DNA of 35,610 bases from a virus. Its lineage: Duplodnaviria > Caudoviricetes. A program made the translations under genes and the position numbers. Below the pieces are notes generated by a model, which worked only from the letters and a program-made list of their open reading frames with translations, was not told the origin of the DNA and made no database searches. Shown here one piece after another: positions 1-10,000 of the stretch. The first letter of the stretch is position 1, and each line of letters starts with the position of its first letter. The stretch spans positions 1-35,610 of IMG/VR virus record IMGVR_UViG_3300020045_016060; one strand, given 5' to 3'.

Positions 1-1
1 A

Positions 2-688
2 ATCATGCAAAACATACCGGATGAGAAGATTATCATTTCAAGAAACGGTGTGAATAGAGAGAGATTCTTTAGTGATATAGCTAAAAATGAAAATAAGATC
101 ATTTGGCCATCGTCTTTAGATAGAGGTCTTGAGCGGGCTATTGATATTATAGAAATAGCGAGAGAAAAATCAGGTCGAGATTTAGAGCTGCATGTTTTTT
201 ACGGTATTGAGTCTATGTATAACCCACACTTAAGAGAAAAAGCAGAAATGCTTAAGAAGAAAATGGATGAGCGTCCGTGGGTTAAGTACATAGGTAACGT
301 GGATCAAATGCGTTTAGCGAGAGAGTTTCAAGAGAGTGTTGTTTGGTTATACCCAGCATCTTTTATTGAGACATATTGTATCAGTGCAATTGAGGCTATT
401 TACGCTAAGTGTGTGCCCCTCGTTCGAGAGTTGGGAGCGTTAAAGAATACTTGTGCACCATTTCAAGAAAAGGGCTGGGCTAAAATATTATTTAAGGATG
501 CCGAAACAAAAGAAGATCAAAGCGTGTGGGCTGATAGTTTGATTGAAATTTTAGATAAGAAATTATGGGCTAATATAGAGCCTGAACAATTTGATTATTC
601 TTGGCGTGGAGTTGCAGACCATTTCATTGAGTTTTCAGGTCTAAAGGGGCAGTTGATGCTGGATACTGAAAAAGAAATGAGTTTTTAA
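2..688 (+). CDS. C-terminal GT-B (GT4-like) part of a glycosyltransferase, 5'-truncated at the window edge
   Basis: Frame is open from base 2. Motifs IIISRNGV, SSLDRGLE and the EX7E nucleotide-sugar motif (ETYCISAIEA) are present. The N-terminal GT-B half is missing here but appears at the end of the 34235-35608 ORF. Confidence 0.85.
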   Translation: MMQNIPDEKIIISRNGVNRERFFSDIAKNENKIIWPSSLDRGLERAIDIIEIAREKSGRDLELHVFYGIESMYNPHLREKAEMLKKKMDERPWVKYIGNVDQMRLAREFQESVVWLYPASFIETYCISAIEAIYAKCVPLVRELGALKNTCAPFQEKGWAKILFKDAETKEDQSVWADSLIEILDKKLWANIEPEQFDYSWRGVADHFIEFSGLKGQLMLDTEKEMSF

Positions 689-975
689 TGGCTATACCGC
701 CCTTTGATGTAACAATTAAGGGGATGGCGTTGGCTGATTTAGGCCTAACGGACTGGAATGTCTATGATGGGTTAGGCCTTTTGACTATGGGATTAATTTG
801 GCCATGCCATAATATATGGTATGGGCCTTATAATAGTAATGGAGCTACGAGTATAAGTACGACCTGGAGTTTATGTGCGGGTCAATCGATCACGACCACC
901 TGGAGTTTATGCGCAGGTCAATCGATTGTAACAAACTGGACTATTTTTTCGACATATAACATAGAAAATTGCTAA
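688..975 (+). CDS. Small Ser/Thr/Trp/Cys-rich repeat protein, probably virion-associated
   Basis: TAATG coupling to the upstream gene; internal repeat TTWSLCAGQSI. Confidence 0.65.
   Translation: MAIPPFDVTIKGMALADLGLTDWNVYDGLGLLTMGLIWPCHNIWYGPYNSNGATSISTTWSLCAGQSITTTWSLCAGQSIVTNWTIFSTYNIENC
859..940 (+). repeat. 36-bp in-frame tandem repeat (two full units plus a partial)
   Basis: acgacctggagtttatgtgcgggtcaatcgatcacg (859-894), accacctggagtttatgcgcaggtcaatcgattgta (895-930), acaaactgga (931-940). Confidence 0.9.
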
Positions 976-985
976 GGATGGCACT

Positions 986-1645
986 ATGACATTTTCAGAA
1001 CTACAAGTAATAACCTCTGCATGGTTAGACGATGTGAACAACGGTTATTTTACACTAGCTCAAGTAAAGCAGTGGTTAAATAACGCTCAAATCGAGACAC
1101 AAAAATTAGTGGTACAGGCGTTTGAGGGTCACTACAGAAAGTGCGTTGAAACTACAACGGTTGTTAACCAAAGAGAGTATCAATTACCTAGTGATTTTAA
1201 AAAAGTATCAAGACTTGAATACATATTAAGTGGGACTACGTTTCAAACTGAAGATAGGGCACGACTTCAAAAAGTGACTGAAAATCAGCAAGATTTTTTC
1301 CCAGATAAAGTTGGAACTCCTGTGGCTTATTATTTTCAAGGTAATAAACTAATTCTTTTACCATGCCCGAATGAAGCCAAAATTTTACGTCTCACATACA
1401 TATATCGTGTGGCAGATATGGTGAATGATGGGGATGAGCCCGACATACCAGAGGATTATCACGAATATTTAGCTGTTCTTGCGACTCTTGATGGGCTTTA
1501 TCGTGACGGTCGAGAGGCTGGGCCATTTTTAGAGAAAAAGCGATATTACGAAGAGCAGTTTAAGCGTGATGCTGAAGAGAGAAACGTTGATACATCAAGA
1601 ACCGTAGTTCAAACAATAGACGATGATTTTGAGTCAATTTATTAA
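986..1645 (+). CDS. Phage head-tail adaptor (tail tubular protein A-like)
   Basis: MTFSEL start, WLNNAQ, EYQLPSDF and PDIPEDYHEYL motifs typical of podophage adaptors; lies directly upstream of the nozzle genes. Confidence 0.75.
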   Translation: MTFSELQVITSAWLDDVNNGYFTLAQVKQWLNNAQIETQKLVVQAFEGHYRKCVETTTVVNQREYQLPSDFKKVSRLEYILSGTTFQTEDRARLQKVTENQQDFFPDKVGTPVAYYFQGNKLILLPCPNEAKILRLTYIYRVADMVNDGDEPDIPEDYHEYLAVLATLDGLYRDGREAGPFLEKKRYYEEQFKRDAEERNVDTSRTVVQTIDDDFESIY

Positions 1646-3489
1646 TGGCTTACCAAAAGAATAAAGACGAAAATTACGATAATAAGGGGGGCATAAATGA
1701 TAAAGCCTCCAAATATCTGACTCAAAAGGGTCAATTTCTTGATATTCGTAATTATTCTTTTGATAAAATCGGTGCGTTGGTGTCGCGTCCAGGCCAAGAC
1801 TACGGCGCGAGTATAAACGGGACCACTTATCTAGTAAATCCTTATGGGATGGTTCAATATCGAAAAGACACTGGTTATTCACAAATCATTTTTGATATTG
1901 GGTGCACTCTTTTTTATTTAAGTAATCCACCCGTGGCAATTGCATCTAGTTTAAGTGCGAATGTAACGACTGGGCATCCTATAGATTATGAAATTGGCGA
2001 CAATGTACTTTATTATGCTAATGGATATACGTTTCAAAGATACGATGGGTCTTATTCTTGTTTTTATGAAATCCCAAAAGCAAGAGCTTACATGGTTGGG
2101 CCTGGCCTTACTTTTAATACGTCATTAGCGGTGTTTGGGATAACGATGGTGATGCCGTCGGGCCAGTACAAATTTAAGTATGCGTATAAAAGAGGTACAG
2201 GGGATGTTGAGGGTATAGTCGGTGAGCGGGTGTCTGACGAAGAAGACCTTAGCATATCGTCTACTTATTTAGATGTAACTTTGGCTTCAACTTTAGTAGT
2301 TACACAAGGTCAGTGGGTGGCATATGGTCTTACCATTGTTAGTGGGCACGGAATTTCTTCGATTTTACCTTATCTTGATTTGCCTGGTGGTGGCACTTCT
2401 TTTCTCGCAGGACCGACCTCGGTAGCATTTTTCGCGACCACTTATTCAGGTATTACATTATATACAATAAAATTTGATCCTTTTAATTCACCTGCTGATT
2501 ATCAAAATCAGTTTTCATTTACATTGGTGCCGACATACTTAGAAGTTTATAAAAACATGTTATTTATGGCGGGCTTTTCTTCAGCACCGTCTACAGTGTG
2601 GCATTCAGAAATTGGTGAATATGAAAGAGTGGATGAAGAAAATTTCTTTGATGTTAGAACTGGTAACTCTGATTCGATTCGAAACATCATTTTATTCCAA
2701 GACAATTTAGTTATTTTTAAAAATAAGTCTGTGCATGCTTTGTCTGGTGATAGTCCAGAGACTTTGGCTTTGAAAGATATGAACTTAAACTATGGGTGTG
2801 TGAATAACACGTCAGCCGTTGTTTGGGAGAATAAGCTTTGGTTTATGGACTCAAAAGGAATTTGTGAGTTTAACGGACCTGATACGACGATAGTTTCATA
2901 TGCGATTGAAGAGAAATTAAGCCAAGTTGATAAAACTCGGTGCCGGGCTATTTACGTTAAAAAGCGAAACGAAGTTTGGTTTTGTTGTGGGTCTACGTGT
3001 TTTGTGTATGACCATGATGTTAACAGTTGGTCTATTTACGATAATATTTCAGTAGAGTTTAGGACGGCGGCTGAGATTTTAGAATTCGCTGATGGCACTA
3101 TAGACTTAGCGTATTTTAATAGAGGATCTTCTTACATATCTCTTAATCGGTTTGGTGATACTTATACGAGTGATTTTGGCCAAGCGATTACTCTTATTGC
3201 AAAGACTAAGTTTCATAAAAGAGAAAATGAAACCACCCAAGAGTTATGGCGTCGGTTATTTTTTAACTCTAACGTGCCTAGTGTTACAACTAGTGCGACT
3301 CTTTTGTTTAGGCAGGACTATGGGACGAGTGTAGTTTACTCGACTAATATATTTTTGGATAAATTTCAAAATAGGATTGATTTTGGTATTTCGGCAAGGT
3401 CTTTACAGGTCGAGATGATAATTCAGTCCACTCAAAGGGTTAGTTTTAATGGGTATACTTTAGAGTCTCGATTTTTGAGGAATGTTTAA
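1645..3489 (+). CDS. Tail nozzle / packaged-DNA stabilisation protein (P22 gp10 / tubular B-like), paralog 1
   Basis: 614 aa, beta-rich. N-terminal GGIN...GALVSRPG and propeller-like motifs (VWHSEIG, LVIFK, YGCVN, VWFC, VYD..SWS). Follows the adaptor. Confidence 0.75.
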   Translation: MAYQKNKDENYDNKGGINDKASKYLTQKGQFLDIRNYSFDKIGALVSRPGQDYGASINGTTYLVNPYGMVQYRKDTGYSQIIFDIGCTLFYLSNPPVAIASSLSANVTTGHPIDYEIGDNVLYYANGYTFQRYDGSYSCFYEIPKARAYMVGPGLTFNTSLAVFGITMVMPSGQYKFKYAYKRGTGDVEGIVGERVSDEEDLSISSTYLDVTLASTLVVTQGQWVAYGLTIVSGHGISSILPYLDLPGGGTSFLAGPTSVAFFATTYSGITLYTIKFDPFNSPADYQNQFSFTLVPTYLEVYKNMLFMAGFSSAPSTVWHSEIGEYERVDEENFFDVRTGNSDSIRNIILFQDNLVIFKNKSVHALSGDSPETLALKDMNLNYGCVNNTSAVVWENKLWFMDSKGICEFNGPDTTIVSYAIEEKLSQVDKTRCRAIYVKKRNEVWFCCGSTCFVYDHDVNSWSIYDNISVEFRTAAEILEFADGTIDLAYFNRGSSYISLNRFGDTYTSDFGQAITLIAKTKFHKRENETTQELWRRLFFNSNVPSVTTSATLLFRQDYGTSVVYSTNIFLDKFQNRIDFGISARSLQVEMIIQSTQRVSFNGYTLESRFLRNV

Positions 3490-5366
3490 TGGCTTACGAT
3501 AAGTTAAAAGAGGGGCATTATCAGAACTTAGGCGGGATAAACGTCAAGATTTCTGAATATAACACTGAGGATTCTCAGTTTTTAGACCTTAGAAATTATT
3601 GTTTTTATAAACCTGGAGCATTATCTGTGCGTCCAGGGCAAGAATACTTTTCTGTGTCGTTACCTCTTTCTACATATCCGGTAAAGCCATCAACTTCTAT
3701 GGAGTACATAAAAAACAGTGGAGCAACTTTTGTTGTTTACGATGTTGGGAGTACGCTGTATGTTTTACCTAATACGGCTGTAGGTGCTAGTTTTAGTACG
3801 AACGCCACAACAGCATTAACTTTAGACTACGTGGTACAAAATGACTTTCTCTACTGTGCGAATGGCCAAAATTTTGCTGTTTTTAACGGCTCTGTGTCTG
3901 TATTTTACAGGTCTGAGACTACACGCTTTATTTCTGGTAATGCCACTTATAATACTGCACTTTCTGGTAATGGAATAACAAACGTAATTGCATCAGGGCT
4001 TTATTACTTTTGGGTCACTCCAATAAGAGCTCTTGCTGGTCAATCATATCCCACACAATACGGATTACCCACTCAAGGCAATATTTACCCAAATACAAAC
4101 GGTGTGTTTGAGGGGTTTGGCGTTGCTGTTTCTTTAAGTGCAACAATTGTTTCAATGGGCAAGTGGGTTTTATTTGGGTTTACGGTTCCCGCTGGTTTTG
4201 GATATTCATTTGCGACGCCCGAGTATCAAAAAGGCACAAGTTTAGAGTTAGAGCCCTATACAGCATCTATTTTGAATACGCTTAAAAACGACAATATTTA
4301 TATTTATAATATTTCTACTTTTGGTGGTGGTGTTACATATTTTGGGATTGAGTTTGACCACTATACTTTGTCGGCATCTTGGGAGAATCAGTATCAAATA
4401 ACAATGGTGCCTAGGTTTCTTGAGACCTATAACAATATGTTATTTATGTCAGGCTTTTCATCTTTACCAAATCAGGTTTTAGTGAGTGAGATTGGTCAAC
4501 CTGAGCGAGTAAAAGAAGAAAACTTTTTTGAGATAAGAACTGGTGACAATAAAGAAATCACTGGGTGTGTGTTTTTTCAAGACTCTCTTTTATTTTTTAA
4601 GAAGACAAGCATTCACGAGGTTGTGGGTACAAGCCCAACGGATTTAAGTTTAAGACTTGTGAATAATCAATATGGGTCATTAAATAACGAGGGGATAGTT
4701 GTTTTTCAAAATAGATTATGGTTTGTCGATGATAGGGGTATTTGCGAATACAATGCAGCAAATATAGAAATTAAATCAGAGCCTATTCAGGACTATTTAA
4801 ATGAAATAGATAAGAGTAGAATAAAAGCCATCCATTATAAAGATCGGTCTGAGGTTTGGTTTTGTGCTGAAAATATATGCTTTGTTTACAATTACTTTAA
4901 TAGCGCTTGGTCAATTAACGATGTTATTAGTATCGATAGACAATCCGGGGCGGCTGTATTGCCGTTTGGCGTTTCTACTTCTGACCCTATTTATTGGGTA
5001 CAGGGTGCTAGTTATATAAATTTGGCTAAATTTAATCCGACATTAAGCACAGACTTTGGTCAAGCCATCACATTAGTTGCGAAGACTAAATTTCATAAGA
5101 GGATGGGTGATTCGACCCAAGAGTTATGGCGTAGGTTTTATTTAGACGTTCAATCGGGTGTGACATTGGGTGCGACTGTTAATTTTTACCCAGACTATGG
5201 GTCTAGTATATTTTCGACAAGATCAATGACGTTGACTTCGTTTCAGGATCGAATTGATTTTGGCATAAGTGCGAAGAGTTTAGCTATTGAGTTTATAATT
5301 AGGTCATCTCAGTCGATAACGGTAAATGGGTATACGGTCGAATCTAGATATTTGAGGTCTGTATAA
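3489..5366 (+). CDS. Tail nozzle / stabilisation protein, paralog 2
   Basis: 625 aa. Shares N- and C-terminal blocks with 1645-3489 (QFLD.RNY.F.K.GAL..RPGQ; DFGQAITL.AKTKFHKR; TQELWRR; RIDFGISA). Confidence 0.75.
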   Translation: MAYDKLKEGHYQNLGGINVKISEYNTEDSQFLDLRNYCFYKPGALSVRPGQEYFSVSLPLSTYPVKPSTSMEYIKNSGATFVVYDVGSTLYVLPNTAVGASFSTNATTALTLDYVVQNDFLYCANGQNFAVFNGSVSVFYRSETTRFISGNATYNTALSGNGITNVIASGLYYFWVTPIRALAGQSYPTQYGLPTQGNIYPNTNGVFEGFGVAVSLSATIVSMGKWVLFGFTVPAGFGYSFATPEYQKGTSLELEPYTASILNTLKNDNIYIYNISTFGGGVTYFGIEFDHYTLSASWENQYQITMVPRFLETYNNMLFMSGFSSLPNQVLVSEIGQPERVKEENFFEIRTGDNKEITGCVFFQDSLLFFKKTSIHEVVGTSPTDLSLRLVNNQYGSLNNEGIVVFQNRLWFVDDRGICEYNAANIEIKSEPIQDYLNEIDKSRIKAIHYKDRSEVWFCAENICFVYNYFNSAWSINDVISIDRQSGAAVLPFGVSTSDPIYWVQGASYINLAKFNPTLSTDFGQAITLVAKTKFHKRMGDSTQELWRRFYLDVQSGVTLGATVNFYPDYGSSIFSTRSMTLTSFQDRIDFGISAKSLAIEFIIRSSQSITVNGYTVESRYLRSV

Positions 5367-5695
5367 TGGTGCCTAGAAACTGGTGGAACGTACAAAACTT
5401 CGAAGATGATAAGAAATGGCCTAATCTCACTTTGTTTCTTAAGGACGTTTACAATATCCTATTAAAGGGATTTACGTTGCAAGACAATATGAGAGGGGCA
5501 CTTTTGACCGTTTCTTTTACTGTGGCCAATACAAACACACAAATAAAGCATGGGTTATCTTACGTGCCTTCTAATTATCTAGTAGTTGGTGCTAGTGTGG
5601 ATATGGGTGTTTATGACGGGTCTGAAGATAGTACATTAGATTTTATTTATTTAAAGTCGAGTGCAATAGGCACGGCTAGAATATTTGTTTTTTAA
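5366..5695 (+). CDS. Small tail-associated protein
   Basis: TAATG-coupled to the nozzle gene; HGLSYVP resembles the H.LG..P motif of tail accessory proteins. Confidence 0.55.
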   Translation: MVPRNWWNVQNFEDDKKWPNLTLFLKDVYNILLKGFTLQDNMRGALLTVSFTVANTNTQIKHGLSYVPSNYLVVGASVDMGVYDGSEDSTLDFIYLKSSAIGTARIFVF

Positions 5696-5705
5696 GGAGT
5701 GATCG

Positions 5706-6542
5706 ATGGCCGAAGAGCAAGAGTTAATGGGAGTGCCAAAGGGTGAGGATGCGAGTAAGTGGGAGATACCATATTACCGAGGTGATTATAAGGGTATTAA
5801 GGGTTATTCAAAATCCTTAGCACAACTTGCGTATCAGGCCGGTATTGGTGGGGATGACCCTAAAGGTTTTCAAGAATTCGTAAAAACAGACCCACGCGCA
5901 CAACAGGTTGTGGCCGCAGCGAATAGAGCTGGTTATGGTAATGAGCTTTATCGGGCTTTCGAGTTTGGTAATCATTTTATTAAGAACGAAATTATCCCCG
6001 AAGTAGCTCGGCAGCAACAGGCCGATGCGACAAAGAAATCATTTACCAGGGCTGAGGATTACAGTCGAAATTTAGGTCAAACGATACAAGATGAGACTTC
6101 GGCATTAAGGAGTAGTTTGGCCACACAGTTAGCTGAGGCCAGGGGTAATATTAAACAGCAAGAGAATTCTCGCGGAATGCTTTACTCTGGTCAAAGACAG
6201 AAAAAAGAGGGTATGGCTCAAAACCTTGCTGGTAAACAATTTGCTGAGGGTGCGGGTCAAATAGTTCAAGGGGCTGAACAAACAAAGGCTGATTTATATG
6301 GCCAAGCATCGGCTTTAAGACAAGGTCAAATGAATGCAAGTCAAGCAGCTCAAGGGATAGTTGATCGGGCTAAGGAAGCAAGGCAGTCGGCAGCGAGTGC
6401 TCTTCAAAGCCAATATTCTAGTTTATTGGGTCAAGGTATTGGGACCTATGCTGGTGGTCTTGGTGGTAATAAATTAACTACAAATAATCAATATACACTG
6501 GGCGCACAAAACGTAATTCCTAAAGGTCAAATGACTGCTTAA
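5706..6542 (+). CDS. Putative ejection / internal virion protein
   Basis: AAGGAG RBS; Ala/Gln/Gly-rich and helical; SRGMLYSG motif; located after the nozzle. Confidence 0.6.
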   Translation: MAEEQELMGVPKGEDASKWEIPYYRGDYKGIKGYSKSLAQLAYQAGIGGDDPKGFQEFVKTDPRAQQVVAAANRAGYGNELYRAFEFGNHFIKNEIIPEVARQQQADATKKSFTRAEDYSRNLGQTIQDETSALRSSLATQLAEARGNIKQQENSRGMLYSGQRQKKEGMAQNLAGKQFAEGAGQIVQGAEQTKADLYGQASALRQGQMNASQAAQGIVDRAKEARQSAASALQSQYSSLLGQGIGTYAGGLGGNKLTTNNQYTLGAQNVIPKGQMTA

Positions 6543-6553
6543 AGGGGTAATAT

Positions 6554-7027
6554 ATGGCAGACAATCCAAATTTTGCTCATTTTTCTGAACAGGGGTTTTT
6601 AAAAAATTCTCTTAAAAGAACAGATGAGGATTTATTAAAGGCAAAACTCGCCAACATGCAGGGCGCTCAATTCGGCGGTGGGGATGTTTTATCCCAAGCT
6701 TTAGCGAGTAAATTGCAAGGCGCTTATGCCGGTCAATTATCTGATGTTAAGAACCGGTTTGGTCGTGAGAACCCAGTTCAGGCCGCACAACTCGATCAAA
6801 TACAAAATCAAATCATAGGTCAAAATTACGCAAACGAGTTAAGGCGCCAAGCTGAGATTAGGGCGGCTGATGAGGCTAAAAAAGCCAAGAGAAAAGCAAA
6901 GCAAAAAGCCGTCGCAAGTTTAGCGGCTACAGTAGCCGGGGCAGCGATTGGTATGCCTTATAATATGGGTACGGCTGGGGCATTAATTGGTGGCGGTGCA
7001 GGTGGTTTAATAGGCGGGGGTAGCTAA
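6554..7027 (+). CDS. Putative ejection protein with C-terminal glycine zipper
   Basis: Coiled-coil followed by hydrophobic Gly-rich tail AGAAIG...GALIGGGAGGLIGG. Confidence 0.6.
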   Translation: MADNPNFAHFSEQGFLKNSLKRTDEDLLKAKLANMQGAQFGGGDVLSQALASKLQGAYAGQLSDVKNRFGRENPVQAAQLDQIQNQIIGQNYANELRRQAEIRAADEAKKAKRKAKQKAVASLAATVAGAAIGMPYNMGTAGALIGGGAGGLIGGGS

Positions 7028-7923
7028 TGTCTAGTGCTGATTTCATAACAGGGTTACAAAGTGCAATTGGTGCGTATGCCACGGCTTCTGATAAAAAAGC
7101 AGAGCGTGAGCAGAGAAAAAAAGAGCAAGAATTAGAGTATCGTGCAAAAGGATTTATCCCCGAGTTTGATGAAAAGGGTAACATTACTGGATTAATTAAA
7201 GACCCGGCAATAGAGCAACAAAATCTTGCTGAAAAAGAAAAAGAAGAGCAGCTTGGTCTTTTAAAAGCTGGTTTAATCCCAGCCGGTATGGACCCAGAGA
7301 AAATACCTCAAGTTAACACCAAACTTTATCAAGCTCGAGCCGCAGCCAATCCTCTTAATGCATTAGCTCCAGGGCAGAAAGCCTCTGATACAGCGTTTGG
7401 TAAAGAGTATGCTGATTATAGTGCTGGTGGTGGTGCTGCTGGTGTTGCAAAAAACATAGGTCTATTAAAGGGTGCGACCAATAAATTAAAAGAAAATAAA
7501 GGTCTAAGTGGTGGTGTATCTGGATATCTTGGTGAGAGTGCTCAAGATTTATTTAACCCTAAAGGTGCCGCTGTAAGGGATGATATTAGAAGTGCCATTC
7601 AGTCTACATTAAAACAAACATTGGGTGGGCAGTTTACAGAGAGGGAGGCGCAAGCGATGTTTTCTCGTGCTTACAACCCAAGATTAAGTGACGAAGAGAA
7701 TGCGCGAAGAGCAACAGCGATAATGGGTGAATTAGAGCAAATTGCTGCGCAAAAAGATGCGGCGGCTAAATACTTTGAACAAAGTGGTACATTAAAGGGA
7801 TTTCAGGGCGCAAAAGCTGGTGGGTTAATGCAACAATCATCACAACCTCAAGCAAAGCCACAAACTATTAAGCAAAACGGTGTTACGTACACATTAAACC
7901 CACAAACAGGTGAATATGAATAA
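7027..7923 (+). CDS. Putative ejection / DNA transfer protein
   Basis: Ala/Gly/Lys-rich and helical; TLGGQFTERE motif; short C-terminal beta-hairpin; context. Confidence 0.6.
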   Translation: MSSADFITGLQSAIGAYATASDKKAEREQRKKEQELEYRAKGFIPEFDEKGNITGLIKDPAIEQQNLAEKEKEEQLGLLKAGLIPAGMDPEKIPQVNTKLYQARAAANPLNALAPGQKASDTAFGKEYADYSAGGGAAGVAKNIGLLKGATNKLKENKGLSGGVSGYLGESAQDLFNPKGAAVRDDIRSAIQSTLKQTLGGQFTEREAQAMFSRAYNPRLSDEENARRATAIMGELEQIAAQKDAAAKYFEQSGTLKGFQGAKAGGLMQQSSQPQAKPQTIKQNGVTYTLNPQTGEYE

Positions 7924-9220
7924 GCCCAAGTTTAATCCTAATCAGCCGTTTGAGGTGGTTAATCAAAAGCCTAAATTTGACCCATCACAACCATTTGAGG
8001 CGGTTGAAGATCCACAAGAAATACCACAAGAGCGTGGGTTATTAAGTAAGGGATTAGAATATACCGGACGTGTTTTAGATTATCCTGGTGGGTTACTTCG
8101 TACAGGCATTGCACAAGCTGGTGAGGCGTTATCGCCAAAGTCAGATATTGTTACAAAAGAAGATTGGTCAATGGCATTAAAGGGTAAGGCGCCAACAAGT
8201 GCTGAGTATTTAGAGCGTGCAGGTCTTGAGCCTGGCCCATCGGTAGAATTACCAATATTGGGTGACACGTCTTTAAGGGATGTTGAGGGCTTTGCACTAG
8301 ATGTTGCAACGGACCCACTTTCATTGGTCGCTAAGGGATTAAAGCCAGTTGGTCGAGCTCTTGAGGGTGCTGGTAAATCAACTTATCGTTCTGCATTTAA
8401 AAAGATTGATGAAAGAACGGCTGAGAGTGGGGCTAAAAAACTAGCCGACGTATTATTAGAGCATGGTGCACCAACAGGCACTACAAAAAAGATTTCAGGG
8501 GACATTAATAATATATCGAGTGGTTTGTTAGATAAAAGATCAAAGCTTTATAAAGAGGGTTCTGATCTTGGTGCAAAAGTAGACGTTGAGTCTGCGATGA
8601 AAGATGCAATTGGTGAAACGCAAAGATTAAAAACAACTAGGGGCGCCGAGGGGTTGGGTCAAGAGTTAGAGCAAAACATTTCATCTTTATTTGAAAAGTC
8701 TGGGCCTAAAGATATGTTTGGGAATAGTGAAAAAATAAAACTCCCACCACTATCATTGCAAGAGGCTTCTGAGTTAAAAACTCGTTTGTATGATACTTTA
8801 CCGCAAAATGTTTTTGATCGATTTGGACGAGTAAAGGGTGACGCTAAGAAACTGACTAAGTTACAAGCCAGAGGGTTAAAAGAAGAGATTGTTAAGCAAG
8901 CAAATGCGGTTAAGCCCGGTCTTGGGGATGAAATTGATAAATTAAATATTGATCTTGGTGCGCTTATGAGTTCAAAACAGCCATTAAAAATGCAAATACG
9001 TCGTGGTGAGACTCCAAATGCATTAACTTCAGTTGATGCTATGCTTGGTGCTTTGGCGAGTCCCGGTGCTTTGGCCACAAAAAAAGCGGCTGACTTAAGC
9101 AAAACAACATACTTAAGAACAAAATTAGGTAAAGGGTTAATGAACGCTGGTAAAAGTGGTCGTGTGGATCAAGCTTTAGAGCGAAGCTTAATTAATATGA
9201 GTCGGCCTGAAGATGAATAA
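7910..9220 (+). CDS. Putative large ejection protein
   Basis: N-terminal duplicated KPKF(N/D)P.QPFE motif; LDVATDPLSLV segment typical of podophage internal proteins. Confidence 0.6.
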   Translation: MNMNKPKFNPNQPFEVVNQKPKFDPSQPFEAVEDPQEIPQERGLLSKGLEYTGRVLDYPGGLLRTGIAQAGEALSPKSDIVTKEDWSMALKGKAPTSAEYLERAGLEPGPSVELPILGDTSLRDVEGFALDVATDPLSLVAKGLKPVGRALEGAGKSTYRSAFKKIDERTAESGAKKLADVLLEHGAPTGTTKKISGDINNISSGLLDKRSKLYKEGSDLGAKVDVESAMKDAIGETQRLKTTRGAEGLGQELEQNISSLFEKSGPKDMFGNSEKIKLPPLSLQEASELKTRLYDTLPQNVFDRFGRVKGDAKKLTKLQARGLKEEIVKQANAVKPGLGDEIDKLNIDLGALMSSKQPLKMQIRRGETPNALTSVDAMLGALASPGALATKKAADLSKTTYLRTKLGKGLMNAGKSGRVDQALERSLINMSRPEDE

Positions 9221-9374
9221 ATTCTCAAATATAAACGACTCACAGGCGTTCTTAAAGAATGATTATGACTCTAAAAAAATAGATATTTTAGAGGTTCTAA
9301 AAAAGCGCCGAGAAGAGATGGCGAGTCGGATTAAAGAGAAACAAATAGAAAAAGTACTGGTAAATGGACGATAA
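9213..9374 (+). CDS. 53-aa hypothetical protein (not in the ORF track)
   Basis: MNKFSNINDSQAFLKNDYDSKKIDILEVLKKRREEMASRIKEKQIEKVLVNGR; fills the gap and overlaps both neighbours. Confidence 0.55.
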   Translation: MNKFSNINDSQAFLKNDYDSKKIDILEVLKKRREEMASRIKEKQIEKVLVNGR

Positions 9375-9798
9375 ATACTTAGATAGCCTTGTTGATTATG
9401 CGATGAGATTTGTGGGCACTCCATATATTTATGGTGGGTCTCACCCGTGCAGTGGTCTTGATTGTTCTGGATTTGTTCAGCATCTTATGCGGGCAGTTGG
9501 GTCGGCACCGAAGGGTGATTTAACGGCTCAAATGCTAATGGATTATTACATATTAAACGGTAAAGAGTCAGGGCCCCAAAAAGGGGCTTTAGCTTTTTAC
9601 GGTAATGGTGAGCGGGTATCTCACATTTCTTTTTTTATAAACGATTTATTTATATTAGAGGCTGGTGGGGGGGATTCGACCACTACTGATATTCAAAGAG
9701 CGATTGCAAAGGAGGCATTTATTAGAATGCGTCCTTATGACCACAGAAAAGATTTATTAAAAATAATTATGCCAAAATATAGGTTTAATAATGAGTGA
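9364..9798 (+). CDS. NlpC/P60 (C40) peptidase, probable endolysin
   Basis: VGTPYIYGG...GLDCSGFV catalytic Cys and SHISF His; followed by small membrane proteins. Confidence 0.9.
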   Translation: MDDKYLDSLVDYAMRFVGTPYIYGGSHPCSGLDCSGFVQHLMRAVGSAPKGDLTAQMLMDYYILNGKESGPQKGALAFYGNGERVSHISFFINDLFILEAGGGDSTTTDIQRAIAKEAFIRMRPYDHRKDLLKIIMPKYRFNNE

Positions 9799-10000
9799 AC
9801 ATGTCGCACAGATACCCGATAGCGTTTATTATGTAGTCGGGGTTTTGATTATAACCAACTTAGGTACTATTATTACTATTATAGGGGCAGCGTTTAGAGT
9901 TGTTTATAAATTTGCAGTTGTAGAGACGCAGACAAAGGCTTTACATAAGAGAGTTGATTTTTTAGAAAACAAAAAACACGATAATGAGGGGGACGTATGA
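9791..10000 (+). CDS. Holin-like single-TM protein
   Basis: Hydrophobic segment then LHKRVDFLE coiled-coil tail; adjacent to the endolysin. Confidence 0.55.
   Translation: MSEHVAQIPDSVYYVVGVLIITNLGTIITIIGAAFRVVYKFAVVETQTKALHKRVDFLENKKHDNEGDV

Noticed and set aside
859-940. CRISPR-like array (36-bp repeats)
   Set aside because: Units are directly adjacent without spacers and are in-frame coding repeats; no cas genes are present.
8659-9102. Antisense and alternate-frame ORFs in the track (e.g. 8659-9102, 21278-21598, 25071-25439, 26419-26721, 30532-30801)
   Set aside because: Shadows of well-supported genes, with no motifs or RBS.
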